Shown: positions 1 to 9,843 of the stretch, one piece after another
Layout: each line of letters starts with the position of its first letter
Position numbering within the stretch: the stretch's first letter is position 1
NCBI GenBank assembly: GCA_024229515.1
Contig: JAAESI010000275.1
Location: 131,181-195,180, forward strand
Length of the DNA: 64,000 nt
From: Pseudomonadota bacterium
GTDB lineage: Bacteria; Myxococcota_A; UBA796; UBA9615
Direction of reading: 5' to 3'
Notes under the pieces: model-generated
Told to the model about the DNA's origin: nothing
Database searches by the model: none
What the model saw: only the letters and a program-made list of their open reading frames with translations
Position numbers and translations under genes: made by a program

Positions 1-225
1 CTCGACGACCTGCAGGCCAAACAGGCCCGTGGTCTGCTGCGCGAGGCGGTCGACGCCCTCCCCGAGCGTCAGCGCGAGGTGGCTCTGCTCCGTCTGTACG
101 AAGACCTGTCGTTCCCCGAGGTCGGCGCCGCATGCGGCATCTCGGCGAACAACGCGAAAGTGAACTTCCACCACGCGGTCAAGAAGATCCGAAGCTTCCT
201 GACCGCGCGAGGGGTGACCGCATGA
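1..225 (+). CDS. ECF-type sigma-70 factor, C-terminal region 4 (5' end outside window)
   Basis: Frame +1 reads LREAVDALPERQREVALLRLYEDLSFPEVGAACGISANNAKVNFHHAVKKIR, a typical sigma region 4 HTH; TGA at 223-225 overlaps the next ATG (ATGA). Confidence 0.85.
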   Translation, partial: LDDLQAKQARGLLREAVDALPERQREVALLRLYEDLSFPEVGAACGISANNAKVNFHHAVKKIRSFLTARGVTA

Positions 226-716
226 ACGACGACCTCCATCCCACGATCGAACGGCTCGGCCGGGTCGACCTCATCGACACCGCGGCGTACGACGACGCCT
301 TCTTCGACGGCCTCGCCGACGCCGTCATGGGCCGCATCGAAGCCGGCTCCACCGAGTCCAAGGTCCTCGAACTTCCCCGGCGCCGCGCCCCCCGCTGGTT
401 CGCCGCCGCCGCCGCCCTCGCCGCCGTGCTGGTCGCCGGAGTGATGCTCAACCGAGCCCCCGTCGAGCCCGCACCCGCCCCCGCCATCGCTGACGCCGAC
501 CCGCTCACCACCTTGGGCGCCGAACTGGGCCGCGACCTCCTCGCCGAGGTGACCGCCGATCCCACCCCCGCCGAAGCGACCCTCGCCACGGCGCTGACCG
601 TCGAAGACCTGCTCGACGGCGCCGAAGACGACGACCTCTACGCCTCCTGGAGCCTGCACGACGAGCTGGACGACCTGTCCGCCGCCGAGCTCCAGTCGAT
701 CATCACCCGCCTGTGA
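222..716 (+). CDS. Putative single-pass membrane anti-sigma factor
   Basis: ATG at 222 coupled to the sigma stop; short cytoplasmic N-terminus, one TM (WFAAAAALAAVLVAGVML), acidic C-terminus. Role inferred from position. Confidence 0.6.
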   Translation: MNDDLHPTIERLGRVDLIDTAAYDDAFFDGLADAVMGRIEAGSTESKVLELPRRRAPRWFAAAAALAAVLVAGVMLNRAPVEPAPAPAIADADPLTTLGAELGRDLLAEVTADPTPAEATLATALTVEDLLDGAEDDDLYASWSLHDELDDLSAAELQSIITRL

Positions 717-723
717 GGACCCC

Positions 724-1275
724 ATGAACCGCATCACCCTGTTTTTGACCGCCGCGCTCCTGGCCTGCGCCACGCCCGCGTTCGCCGAAAAACCCACCGA
801 CGAGGAGCACGAAGCGGCCATGCAGCGCGTCCGCATCGTGCGCGCCGCGGCGTTGACCGAGGCGTTGGAGCTGGACGAAGCGACGGCCGCGCGGCTGTTC
901 CCGTTCCTCCGCGAGCACGACAGCAAGATGGAGGACATCCACGCCCGCAAGAAGCAGGCGCGGCGGGCGCTGAAGCAGATGGTGAAGGACGGCTCCTTCC
1001 CCGAGAAGGAGATCGACGAGCTCCTGGCGACGATCGCCGAGGCCGACGTGGAGTTGGCGGAGGCGCGAGCGGATCAGCTCGAAGGACTCAAGCGCGTGCT
1101 CTCAGCGGAGCAGCGGGTCAAGTTCGTGATGGTGCAGCGCCGGCTCGACGAAGAGGTGCGACGCGTGATTCGCGAAGAGCGCGTGCGCCGGCGCGGTGGC
1201 GGGTCCGATGGGGAGCGGCGGGAGCGCCGGGAGCGGCGGGTCCGGCCCAGCGGACGGGACGCAGACTTCCGCTAG
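724..1275 (+). CDS. Spy/CpxP-like periplasmic helical protein
   Basis: Signal peptide (ATPAFA), helical body and LSAEQRVKF (LTxEQ-like) motif; GAGG SD upstream. Confidence 0.65.
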   Translation: MNRITLFLTAALLACATPAFAEKPTDEEHEAAMQRVRIVRAAALTEALELDEATAARLFPFLREHDSKMEDIHARKKQARRALKQMVKDGSFPEKEIDELLATIAEADVELAEARADQLEGLKRVLSAEQRVKFVMVQRRLDEEVRRVIREERVRRRGGGSDGERRERRERRVRPSGRDADFR

Positions 1276-2015
1276 AGCAGCCAGGGGGAGTAGGCGTACG
1301 GGTTGAGGGTGAACTCGAGGGGGCCGACCTCGTCGAGTTCGATGTCGCACAGAGGGGCGCCGAAGCCGCCGGACAGATCGCCCGCGTTGTCCCCATCCTC
1401 GTCCTCGATCTCGACCTCGAAGTCGATGCGCCAGCCGTCGTTGTTGGCCTCCTCAAGGACGACGTCGCCGTCGTCGGCGCCGTACGAGGTGATCGAGTCC
1501 AGCCCGTCGTCGATGGCGTCGTCCCAGGCGCAGCCCTCGGCCCGCTCGGCGACCTCGAGGTAGGGCGAGTCCCCGCTGGGGAAGTACGACACGCGGAGGC
1601 CGACCTCGCCCTCACCGGCATCGAAGGTGCCGTCGCTGGGCTCGGTGATCTCGTCCGCGCTGAAGTCGAAGCCGTTGTTCACGGTCACCGACAGCAGGTG
1701 CGCGGAGCCGGACAGGACCGGGTCCCAGACATCCGCAAGCGCGGCCGTGTAGTCGTTGCAGGCGTCGTCGTCGGCGCCGTCGTTGAAGGCGGACGTGGCC
1801 GAATACGCGCCCGCGTACGCCGTCTGGAGCTTGCTGCAGATACCGCCCTGGTTGGCGAGCACGAAGAAGTGGAAGGTGTCGCCGGCGAGGTCGACCTTCA
1901 CGTAGGCGGCGGAGGTGCCGGGGCCGAAAGCGTCGACGTCGTCGCTGTCGACGGTGACGGAGCCGGCGCAGCCGACGGTGACGCTGAGGGCCAGAACAAG
2001 AAGCAGGGGGCGCAT
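1272..2015 (-). CDS. Hypothetical acidic lipoprotein
   Basis: Lipobox-like VTVGC after a hydrophobic signal; Asp-rich, 4 further Cys. Confidence 0.7.
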   Translation of the reverse strand: MRPLLLVLALSVTVGCAGSVTVDSDDVDAFGPGTSAAYVKVDLAGDTFHFFVLANQGGICSKLQTAYAGAYSATSAFNDGADDDACNDYTAALADVWDPVLSGSAHLLSVTVNNGFDFSADEITEPSDGTFDAGEGEVGLRVSYFPSGDSPYLEVAERAEGCAWDDAIDDGLDSITSYGADDGDVVLEEANNDGWRIDFEVEIEDEDGDNAGDLSGGFGAPLCDIELDEVGPLEFTLNPYAYSPWLL

Positions 2016-2032
2016 GGGCGCGACCGTAACAC

Positions 2033-3559
2033 TCAGGGTCGAACGGCGGCTGTGCGCCTCCCGGGCAGCTGGAGGCGGAGCCAGACGGTGCCGCCGAGCA
2101 GGCGCGTGCGGCCCGACTGGAGCATCTCGGCGTGGGCCTCGTAGTGGTAGCCCCGCTCGGGGGCGGTGTAGACGACCTCGGTGCGGAGGATCGGGGTAGT
2201 GCCGCGCGGCAGATCATCGGCGCCGCCGACGGTGACCGCGACGCCGGGCCCGAGGTAGCGGCGGGCCAACTCCAGGCCTCCGTCGTTGGCGAGCGCCTGG
2301 CGGTCCAGCAGCGGGCGGAGGGTCGGAGACAGGTAGTGACCGGCGCAGGAGCGCAGGTCGACCGTCGCGATCACGCCCCGCTCGTCGGCGAGGTACTCGA
2401 TGCAGTGCCCGTCGGTGCTCCACCCCAGGCCGATGCCCCGCGGCTTGTCGCGCAATCCGCGGCCTTCGATCCAATAGGGGTGCCGGCCCGCGCGGTCCAA
2501 CGTCGAGAACGCGGTCTCCAGGGCCGTGCCGAGCTCGACCCCGAGCACCGCCACGGTAGTGGAGGAGTGGCTGCTGAGCACCGCCGCGGGGGCCGTCGCG
2601 AGGTCCTCGGGGTGCGGGACTGCGCCGCCGACCTCGAGCACGCGGCCGATGGCGGTGGGGGTGCCGGTGAGGGCCAGCGGGAGCGCCGAACCCCAGTCGG
2701 GCCCCGTCTTGACGAGGAAGCAGGGGCCGCGCTCGCACACCGGAAGGAACCAGTGGCCCGAGGCCGACGCCACCAGGGGCGCGTCCCGCGAAGGGGCGCG
2801 CTGATGGAGGTAGGGACCGGCGGTGTCCCGCACGACGCCGGAGGCGAGCAACTGCACGAACTCGCGGCGCGTGCCGGGAACCGCGAACTCGGCGATCACG
2901 GAGCCGTCCTGCTGCGGCCAGAGGTCTCGGATCGGCTGCACCACCTCGTGGGTGCGGTAGGGGAGCCGATCGGCGGCCCGACGCACGACGCGGGTGCGGT
3001 CCGCCGCGGGCTCCGCCCAGTACAGGTCGCCGTCGATGCCGAAGGCGGGGTGCCGCCGCGGCCGCTCCCCGACGAGGGCGAGCTCGGTCCGGTCCTTGAG
3101 GGTGAGCTGCAAGAGGTGTTCGGGCTGATCGCCGGCGGCGGCGCAGGCGGCCACCAGCAGGGTCGAGGCGGGATGGAACGCAGGCTCGCCGCAGCCCGGG
3201 GGAGAGGTCCAGACCTCGGTCGGCTCAGCCCCGCTGAGATCGAACAGGGCGATCCGCTTGCCGTCGCCGTCGTGGGCCGCCGCCAGCCAACGGCCGTCGG
3301 TGGAGGCCGCCACGGAGCGCACGGTCGCTTCCAGGGTCAGCAGCGGGCTGGCCTGGAGCCGGCCCCCGCCATCGTGGGCTCGTGTTGAGCGGAACCGCGT
3401 GACGGTGTGTCGGCCCCCTCGATCGGCGGCGACGAGCAGGTCGCCGGGGAGCACGGATGGGGCGGGGCTGTCGTAGGCGGGGCCGCCTACCGGGGGCAGA
3501 GCGGCGCAGCCCGCGAGGATCGCGGCACTGAGAACTGCCGCGAACGGGAGCCTGCCCAT
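2033..3559 (-). CDS. Hypothetical lipoprotein with a possible TolB-like beta-propeller N-terminal region
   Basis: Lipobox LAGC; propeller-like motifs (STDGRWLA, PAFHP, PAFGIDG). Confidence 0.6.
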   Translation of the reverse strand: MGRLPFAAVLSAAILAGCAALPPVGGPAYDSPAPSVLPGDLLVAADRGGRHTVTRFRSTRAHDGGGRLQASPLLTLEATVRSVAASTDGRWLAAAHDGDGKRIALFDLSGAEPTEVWTSPPGCGEPAFHPASTLLVAACAAAGDQPEHLLQLTLKDRTELALVGERPRRHPAFGIDGDLYWAEPAADRTRVVRRAADRLPYRTHEVVQPIRDLWPQQDGSVIAEFAVPGTRREFVQLLASGVVRDTAGPYLHQRAPSRDAPLVASASGHWFLPVCERGPCFLVKTGPDWGSALPLALTGTPTAIGRVLEVGGAVPHPEDLATAPAAVLSSHSSTTVAVLGVELGTALETAFSTLDRAGRHPYWIEGRGLRDKPRGIGLGWSTDGHCIEYLADERGVIATVDLRSCAGHYLSPTLRPLLDRQALANDGGLELARRYLGPGVAVTVGGADDLPRGTTPILRTEVVYTAPERGYHYEAHAEMLQSGRTRLLGGTVWLRLQLPGRRTAAVRP

Positions 3560-3621
3560 CTACGCAGTGTACCCCTCATAGCCAACCCGACCGCACGGAA
3601 TCCCCTTGTAGACTGACCGCG

Positions 3622-4794
3622 ATGGCTTCGGATAGACGAGGAGGACCGGGCGCAACAAGCCGCGCGGCCCGCAACGATCAGGCCCCCACGACCTCGTCGC
3701 AGGATGCGCGCGGAGTCGCGGAGGAGGTCGGGCTCGTCGGGGACACCCGGGGAGCCACCCGGGGCGCCGAGGCGGGGCAGCAGCGCTCCCCCCGCCAGGC
3801 TGAAGAGGCACGCGAAGGCGTGGACGCGGCCGCAGCGGCGGACTTCGCCAGCCAGCTCGCGGAGATGGCCGTGGCCGATCCATCCGACCCCTCACAGGCC
3901 GACAAATCGTCCGAACAGGAGGAGGGCTTCGAGGAGGACATCGAGGTCGAAGTGGAGGTCGACGGCGACGACCTCGACGAGGCGAGGCCCGCCCGCGCCA
4001 CGACGGTGCTCCCCGGCGACGAGGACGACCCCGACGACGCCAATCCGGTGGAGATTCCCCCCGAGGACGCACCCGCGGCGGCGCCCGTCGGCTCGCCGAT
4101 CCCCCGCATCCGCCCCCGGGCGCGAGCCGCCTGGCTCGGGATCGACGAGGCGCTGCAGGCGGGTACGGACGAGGCGATTCTCGTCGGACACCAGGGTCGG
4201 GTGGCGGTCGCGCGGATCGAAGAGCTGACCACCCGCGAGTGGCTGAACCTCGTCCGCGCCATGCGGGTCGCCCGGGAGCCGTTGGCGCAGGCGTTCGTAC
4301 TCAAGGCGCTGGGGGCTCACCGCGAGTCCTCCTGCCTGCCCGCGTTCGCCGCTCGCGTGATCGAGTTGGGTTCAACCGAAGCGGTCCGGCTCCAACACGC
4401 GCGGGGACCCGTTCCCGACGGCGATGCCGAGGCGCGCAACCTGCGGCTGCACTACGACCCGATCGAGGCGCTGGACCCCAAAAAGGTGATCCACGAGGCG
4501 GCGCCATCGGACCCCTGGCGCGTGCCCGCCTGGCTTCGCGGCATTCCGCGGGCCGCGATGGAGTTGGCCGTCGTGGCGGTCGACCAGGCCCTCACCGGAG
4601 ATCTCCGCGAGGGTGAGACCACCGATCAGGGAGCCACCGACGCCTTGACCGCGGCCCTCGCGCCGCACGGCAGGGCGCACCCGTCGCTGCAGCGCTGGAC
4701 GCTCAACCTCGCGGCGCGCGCCGAAAGCCACGGTGCCCTGGTTCGGATGCGGGACGTCCTGATGCGCGCGCGGGTCGATCGAACGCGGAGCTAG
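3622..4794 (+). CDS. Hypothetical protein (acidic disordered N-terminus, helical C-terminus)
   Basis: Long ORF with natural composition filling the gap; no family recognised. Confidence 0.6.
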   Translation: MASDRRGGPGATSRAARNDQAPTTSSQDARGVAEEVGLVGDTRGATRGAEAGQQRSPRQAEEAREGVDAAAAADFASQLAEMAVADPSDPSQADKSSEQEEGFEEDIEVEVEVDGDDLDEARPARATTVLPGDEDDPDDANPVEIPPEDAPAAAPVGSPIPRIRPRARAAWLGIDEALQAGTDEAILVGHQGRVAVARIEELTTREWLNLVRAMRVAREPLAQAFVLKALGAHRESSCLPAFAARVIELGSTEAVRLQHARGPVPDGDAEARNLRLHYDPIEALDPKKVIHEAAPSDPWRVPAWLRGIPRAAMELAVVAVDQALTGDLREGETTDQGATDALTAALAPHGRAHPSLQRWTLNLAARAESHGALVRMRDVLMRARVDRTRS

Positions 4795-5624
4795 AGCTTC
4801 GCCAACTCCGCGATGTGCTCCGGCGTCGTGCCGCAGCAGCCCCCCAGAATCGACGCGCCCGCGTCCTGCCAGCGCTTCGCCGCCTCCGCGTAGGGGATCG
4901 GCAGCGCCGGTCCGTCGTTGCGCCAGCCCTGCACCGGGTCCGGCTCCCCGACGTTGCCGTACGCGCCGAACTCGACCTCCAGGCTCGCGAGCCGGGGCAG
5001 CAGGTCGGTGATCGTGCCGACGGGGGAGCAGTTGACGAGGATCGCCTCGGCGCCCCGGCGGGCGGCCTCCTCCAGCGTCGCCACGACCGTGTCGGGCTCC
5101 AGCAGCGTGCCTTCGGGTCCGAGCGTCAGCGACAGCCACACCGGCTTGTCCGTCTCCAACGCCGCGTCCAGCGCCGCCAGCGCCTCGCCGGCGTGGGGGA
5201 ACGTCTCGCAGAGGATGAGATCGACCCCCGCGCGGGCGAGCTCACGCGCCAATCGACCGTGCTCCCGGCGGCAGGTCAGCAGGTCAGGGGTCAGGTCGGG
5301 CCGGTAACAATCCTCCAGGGGAGCGATGGATCCGGCGACGAGGTGGTCCTCCGGAACCGCGTCACGGGCGATCCGAACCGCCGCCCGGATCAGCTCCTGC
5401 CAGCGATCTCCGTAGCCGACCCGCTCGAGCGTGTAGGGGTCGGTGCGGAACGTATTGGCGGTATGAATCCGGGCCCCCGCGGCGGCGTAATCGGCGTGCA
5501 CCGAGGCCAAGGCAGCCGGCGCGTCGAGCATTGCGGAGGCCGACCACAGCGGCAGCGGCGTGGGCACGCCACGCCGCGCGAGCTCAGTTCCTACAGGACC
5601 GTCGAGCAGCAGCACGGGGGGCAT
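4791..5624 (-). CDS. Homocysteine S-methyltransferase family protein
   Basis: LLLDGPVGTELARRG N-terminus, TANTF, GSIAP, ILCET, LVNC and GGCCGT Zn-binding motifs. Real start is ATG at 5624; the 774-aa track ORF is over-extended. Confidence 0.9.
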   Translation of the reverse strand: MPPVLLLDGPVGTELARRGVPTPLPLWSASAMLDAPAALASVHADYAAAGARIHTANTFRTDPYTLERVGYGDRWQELIRAAVRIARDAVPEDHLVAGSIAPLEDCYRPDLTPDLLTCRREHGRLARELARAGVDLILCETFPHAGEALAALDAALETDKPVWLSLTLGPEGTLLEPDTVVATLEEAARRGAEAILVNCSPVGTITDLLPRLASLEVEFGAYGNVGEPDPVQGWRNDGPALPIPYAEAAKRWQDAGASILGGCCGTTPEHIAELAKL

Positions 5625-5639
5625 TGTATTCTCGCGTCG

Positions 5640-6986
5640 GTGGCAGACCCGGTCGTCGTTCGTGTCGAGATCCCCGACGCCGAATTCGGCGGCGAATACG
5701 AGGTCGATCCCGACAAGCCGCTCGTCGACCTCGTGCGTCGCATCGCCGAAGAGGAGAACATCCCCCTCGTCACCCGGCAGGGCCGTCCCCTGGCGTGGGA
5801 GGCCGAGGGGCCCGACTGGCGCCCCGGCAAGACCGGGCGCACCGACCTGACGCGCACCCAAGCGCTGTCCAAGATCGTCAACCACATCGTGGAAGAGGGC
5901 GGCGGCGGATCCCCCCTGTTCATGATCTCGTTGGTCATCCCGGGAGCCGCCGACGCGATCCTGGCCGCCCGCGACGACGCCAAGCGGCAGGAGATCGAGG
6001 AGCGGCTCGCCGAACGACAGGCTGAACGACACGCCGAGCGGATCGCCCACGGCGAGCCTGAGCACACCGCCCCCCACATGGTCCCGTTCCAGCCGGATCT
6101 GGACGACGACGACGACCAGGACGACATCGTCACCGGCGAGATCAGCCTCGAAGAAGAGGAGACCGAGCTGGCGCCCCCGCCGCGCCGAACCCGGCAGCCC
6201 GATCAGCTCGAACCCCGCCCCGTCGAGTCCCGCATCCGCCGCGCCGGCACCGCCGCCGCCGTGGGGGTGGGCGCCGCCGCCGTGGCGGGAGGAGCGGCTG
6301 CCGGGGCGCGCAAGAAGAAGCGCAAGAAGAAGGCCCCGCCCCCGCCGACCGGCGGGCTGCCCCCGACCATCGCGGGGATCTCCACGCCGCTGTTCCTGGG
6401 CGGAGCCGCGGCGGCGACCGTGATGCTGATGGGGCTGATCGTGGTCGGCTTCGTGGCCACCCGGAAGCCCGAGCCGCCTCCGCCGGAGCCGACCCCCGAG
6501 GTCGTGCCCGAGGTCGTCGTGGACATCCCCATCGAGTCGACTCCGGAGCCGACCCCGCCGCCCGAGCGGGAGACGCCGCCGCCCCGGAAGTTCACGACCT
6601 TCTACAGCTCCAGCAACGTCGACCGGAACAGCTCCGGCGCCGTCGGTGCGCAGATCTCCTCGTACGCCAAGGGCGAGGTGAAGGTCGGGTACCGAGCCTC
6701 CGGCGCGCACACGGTGCGGCTCAAGGGGCGCTTCGACCTGTACGTGGGCGAGACCGCCTCCACCCTGGAGGGCGCCTCCAGCAAGACCTGCAAGGGCGCC
6801 CCGTCGGGCGGAGACACCAAGGTGTTCATCCACTGGGAGGGCGACCGGGTCACCGCCCGCGTCGGCAGCAGCCGCTGCGGCCCCGTCTCGGTCAAGGGCT
6901 CCGGCGGCTTCCCCGGCTGGAAGTTCGAGCCCGGCGCGGGCCAGACCCTCAGCAAGCTCTGGGCGTCGGCCCCCGACGAAGAATAG
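5640..6986 (+). CDS. Hypothetical single-pass membrane protein (small N-terminal domain, acidic/Pro linker, TM, beta-rich exported domain)
   Basis: GTG at 5640; basic patch KKKRKKK then TM (ATVMLMGLIVVGFVA), Pro-rich stalk, C-terminal domain with a Cys pair. Confidence 0.7.
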   Translation: MADPVVVRVEIPDAEFGGEYEVDPDKPLVDLVRRIAEEENIPLVTRQGRPLAWEAEGPDWRPGKTGRTDLTRTQALSKIVNHIVEEGGGGSPLFMISLVIPGAADAILAARDDAKRQEIEERLAERQAERHAERIAHGEPEHTAPHMVPFQPDLDDDDDQDDIVTGEISLEEEETELAPPPRRTRQPDQLEPRPVESRIRRAGTAAAVGVGAAAVAGGAAAGARKKKRKKKAPPPPTGGLPPTIAGISTPLFLGGAAAATVMLMGLIVVGFVATRKPEPPPPEPTPEVVPEVVVDIPIESTPEPTPPPERETPPPRKFTTFYSSSNVDRNSSGAVGAQISSYAKGEVKVGYRASGAHTVRLKGRFDLYVGETASTLEGASSKTCKGAPSGGDTKVFIHWEGDRVTARVGSSRCGPVSVKGSGGFPGWKFEPGAGQTLSKLWASAPDEE

Positions 6987-6996
6987 AGTTTCGGGC

Positions 6997-9843
6997 GTGG
7001 CCCACGACCCGATCCCGCTGGGCCCCTTCGACCTGTACCGCCTGATCGGCAAGGGCGGGATGGGGCTGGTCTGGCAGGGCTCCCACCGCGCCTCGCGCCA
7101 GCCGGTCGCGATCAAGACACTGCGTCGGGAGAGCCGAGACGCCGAGTCGATCGCCCAGTTCGAGTCGGAGGTCCGCGCCGTCGCCGCCCTCGAGCACCCC
7201 GGGATCGTGCGGGTGTTCGACTACGGGATCATCGACGAGGCAGCCGAGGAGGCGTCGCAGGAGCGCCTCGCCGCGGGGTGTCCGTACCTCGCGATGGAGC
7301 TCTGCGAAGGAGGGACCGTCCGGCAGATGGTCGGCCACGCGACGTGGCCGGGGATCCGCGATCTGCTCTACGCCATCCTCGACACGCTCGCGCACACCCA
7401 CGCGCGCCGGGTCATCCACCGCGACCTCAAGCCCGGGAACATCCTCCTGCCGGGGCCGAAGCTGACCGACTTCGGCATCGCGCAGACCGTCGCCCGCGAC
7501 CGCACCGTCGCCGACGGGAGCCCCGACAACTTCTACGGTAGCCCCTCGTTCGTGGCCCCCGAACAGATCCAGGTGCGGCTCAACGAGATCGGCCCCTGGA
7601 CCGACCTGTACTCGCTCGGGTGCGTCGTCTGGAAGCTGACCACGGGCAAGACCCCGTACGTCGCCAAGTCCCCCATCGAGGTCCTCAAGGGGCACCTCAA
7701 GGGGAGCCTGCCCCCCTACCAGCCCGACATCGAGGTGCCAGTCGGCTTCGAGGACTGGCTGATCAAGTGCCTGCAGTCGCGACCAGGGGCGCGGTTCCAG
7801 CACGCCCACGAGGCTGCGCGGGCGCTGAAGGCGGTGGAGGAAGGGGCGGGCATCGACGTGCCGCGGCCCCCCACCCCCTCGGACTGGCGTTCCACCGAGC
7901 CGAAGCCGACCCCGCTGCGACTGGCCGGCGCGGGGCTGGGGCTGTTCGGGCTTCGACGCACCCCGCTGGTGGAGCGGTACCCCGAGCGGGATCGCCTGTG
8001 GGCGCAGCTGAAGATCGTCACCGGGCGGGGGGTCAGCCGCGCGCTGGTGCTCCGCGGCGGGGCGGGGGTGGGCAAGAGCACCCTGGCGGAGTGGCTCTGC
8101 GACCGGGTCGAGGAGATCGGGCTCGCCAAGACCGGCAAGGCGGTGCACTCGGCGACGCCGTCGCGCAACGACGGGGTCGCTCCGATGCTCGGACGCATGC
8201 TCCGCGCCGCAGGGCTCGCCAACCAGACCGTGCGATGGAACGCCGAGCAGCGGCTGCGGGCGCTCGGGCGCAACACGCCGCGGCTGTGGCACGCCCTCGC
8301 GGACTCGATCGCTCCCTCGCTGGGGCCCGGACTGGACGCCGACGAGGCGCAGGCGGCGGCGGCGGCGTACCTCAGCGCCGAGGCGGGGGAACAGCCGCTG
8401 GTGCTCTGGCTGGACGACGTGCAGTGGAGCGCACCCTCGCTGAAGCTGGTGGGCGACCTGCTGCAACGCAGCCGCGTGCAGCCGCGGCCGATCCTGATGC
8501 TCCTCACGGTCCGCGACGAAGCGGTGGTCGAAGGGAGCCCGGAGGCGGCCCTGCTGCATGCGCTGGAGAGCCTGCCGCCAACCACCACGAGCACGCTGGA
8601 GCCTCTGGACGGACCCGGCACGCAGAGCCTGATCGAGGATCTGCTCGGCCTCGATGAGGACCTCGCAGGCAAGGTCGCGGCACGCGCCGAAGGGAACCCC
8701 CTGTTCGCGACGCAGCTCGTCGCCGATTGGGTCGCCCGGGGGGTGCTCCAGCCGGACTACGAGCGAGGCGGGTTCGTGCTCCCGCCCGACACCGACGCTC
8801 CGATCCCCGACGGGGTGCACGCGCTGTGGAAGCAACGCGCGGACCGCGCCGCCGACGGCGATCCCCAGATCCGCGACGCGATGGAAGTCGGCTCGGCGTT
8901 GGGGAGCCACGTGGCCCGCGAAGAGTGGCTCCTGTGCTGCGATCGAGCGGGACTCGCGGTCCCCTTCGGGCTGACCGAGCGGCTCGCCCGCGACGGGCTG
9001 TTGCGGTTCGAGGGCGACGGCTGGAGGTTCACCCACGGCATGCTGCGCGAGAGCCTGGAGCGGGCCGCCCGCGAGGGGGGCCGGTGGTCGCGCTACAACT
9101 CCGCGATCGCCCGCCAGCTGGAGGCGAGCAGCCACCCCCAGACGCGTGCCCGCCGGGCCGCCGCCCTCGCCGAGACGGCCGATGTGCAGCAGGCCACGAC
9201 GGCCCTGCTGACCGCCGCCGAGGGAGCCCGCGACGAGGGACGCTTCGCCGACGCCGACGGATTCCTGACAAGGGCCGAGGCGATGGTGGAGGAGCGCGCC
9301 GACGTCGTGCCCCCGGTGCTCGCCTGCGCCACCGCCATTGCGCGCCTCGCGCTGTCCCGCCGGCAGGGGAGCCGCGAGGACCTCGAGCCGGTCCTGCAAG
9401 AGCGCCTCGAACAGGCGCGGGCCGAGGGTTGGCCGCTGCTGGCCGGTCGGGCGTTGCGGGAACTCGCGGCCCTGGCGTTGGCCCGTGGGGCCCCCGAGAT
9501 CGCACGGCGTCGCCTCGACGAGGCGATCCTGGAGGCCGAGGACGACGACGATCGGGCGGGGGTCGCGGAGGCCACCCGCTCACTCGCGGACGCGCTCCTG
9601 GCGCTGCGCCAGACGACCGTCGCGGAGGAGAGCTACCGCCGCGCCGCCGCGATGTTCGAGGCGCTCCCCGATCCGGTACGCCAGGCCGACTGCCTGCTTC
9701 AGTTCGCGGCCCTGCTGAAGGATCGCGGCGAGGACGGACGGGCGATGGCGGCCCGGCAGATCGCGGCGGACACGCTGCGCCGCGCCGCCGGAACGTGGCC
9801 GGGGGCTCAGGAGCGGCTGGACGCGCTCATGTCGGAGGCCTGA
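6997..9843 (+). CDS. Hanks-type Ser/Thr protein kinase fused to P-loop ATPase and TPR-like repeats
   Basis: IGKGGMGLVW, VAIK, HRDLKPGN, DFG, APE kinase motifs; Walker A GGAGVGKS, Walker B LWLDD, GNPLF; helical repeat tail. Confidence 0.92.
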   Translation: MAHDPIPLGPFDLYRLIGKGGMGLVWQGSHRASRQPVAIKTLRRESRDAESIAQFESEVRAVAALEHPGIVRVFDYGIIDEAAEEASQERLAAGCPYLAMELCEGGTVRQMVGHATWPGIRDLLYAILDTLAHTHARRVIHRDLKPGNILLPGPKLTDFGIAQTVARDRTVADGSPDNFYGSPSFVAPEQIQVRLNEIGPWTDLYSLGCVVWKLTTGKTPYVAKSPIEVLKGHLKGSLPPYQPDIEVPVGFEDWLIKCLQSRPGARFQHAHEAARALKAVEEGAGIDVPRPPTPSDWRSTEPKPTPLRLAGAGLGLFGLRRTPLVERYPERDRLWAQLKIVTGRGVSRALVLRGGAGVGKSTLAEWLCDRVEEIGLAKTGKAVHSATPSRNDGVAPMLGRMLRAAGLANQTVRWNAEQRLRALGRNTPRLWHALADSIAPSLGPGLDADEAQAAAAAYLSAEAGEQPLVLWLDDVQWSAPSLKLVGDLLQRSRVQPRPILMLLTVRDEAVVEGSPEAALLHALESLPPTTTSTLEPLDGPGTQSLIEDLLGLDEDLAGKVAARAEGNPLFATQLVADWVARGVLQPDYERGGFVLPPDTDAPIPDGVHALWKQRADRAADGDPQIRDAMEVGSALGSHVAREEWLLCCDRAGLAVPFGLTERLARDGLLRFEGDGWRFTHGMLRESLERAAREGGRWSRYNSAIARQLEASSHPQTRARRAAALAETADVQQATTALLTAAEGARDEGRFADADGFLTRAEAMVEERADVVPPVLACATAIARLALSRRQGSREDLEPVLQERLEQARAEGWPLLAGRALRELAALALARGAPEIARRRLDEAILEAEDDDDRAGVAEATRSLADALLALRQTTVAEESYRRAAAMFEALPDPVRQADCLLQFAALLKDRGEDGRAMAARQIAADTLRRAAGTWPGAQERLDALMSEA

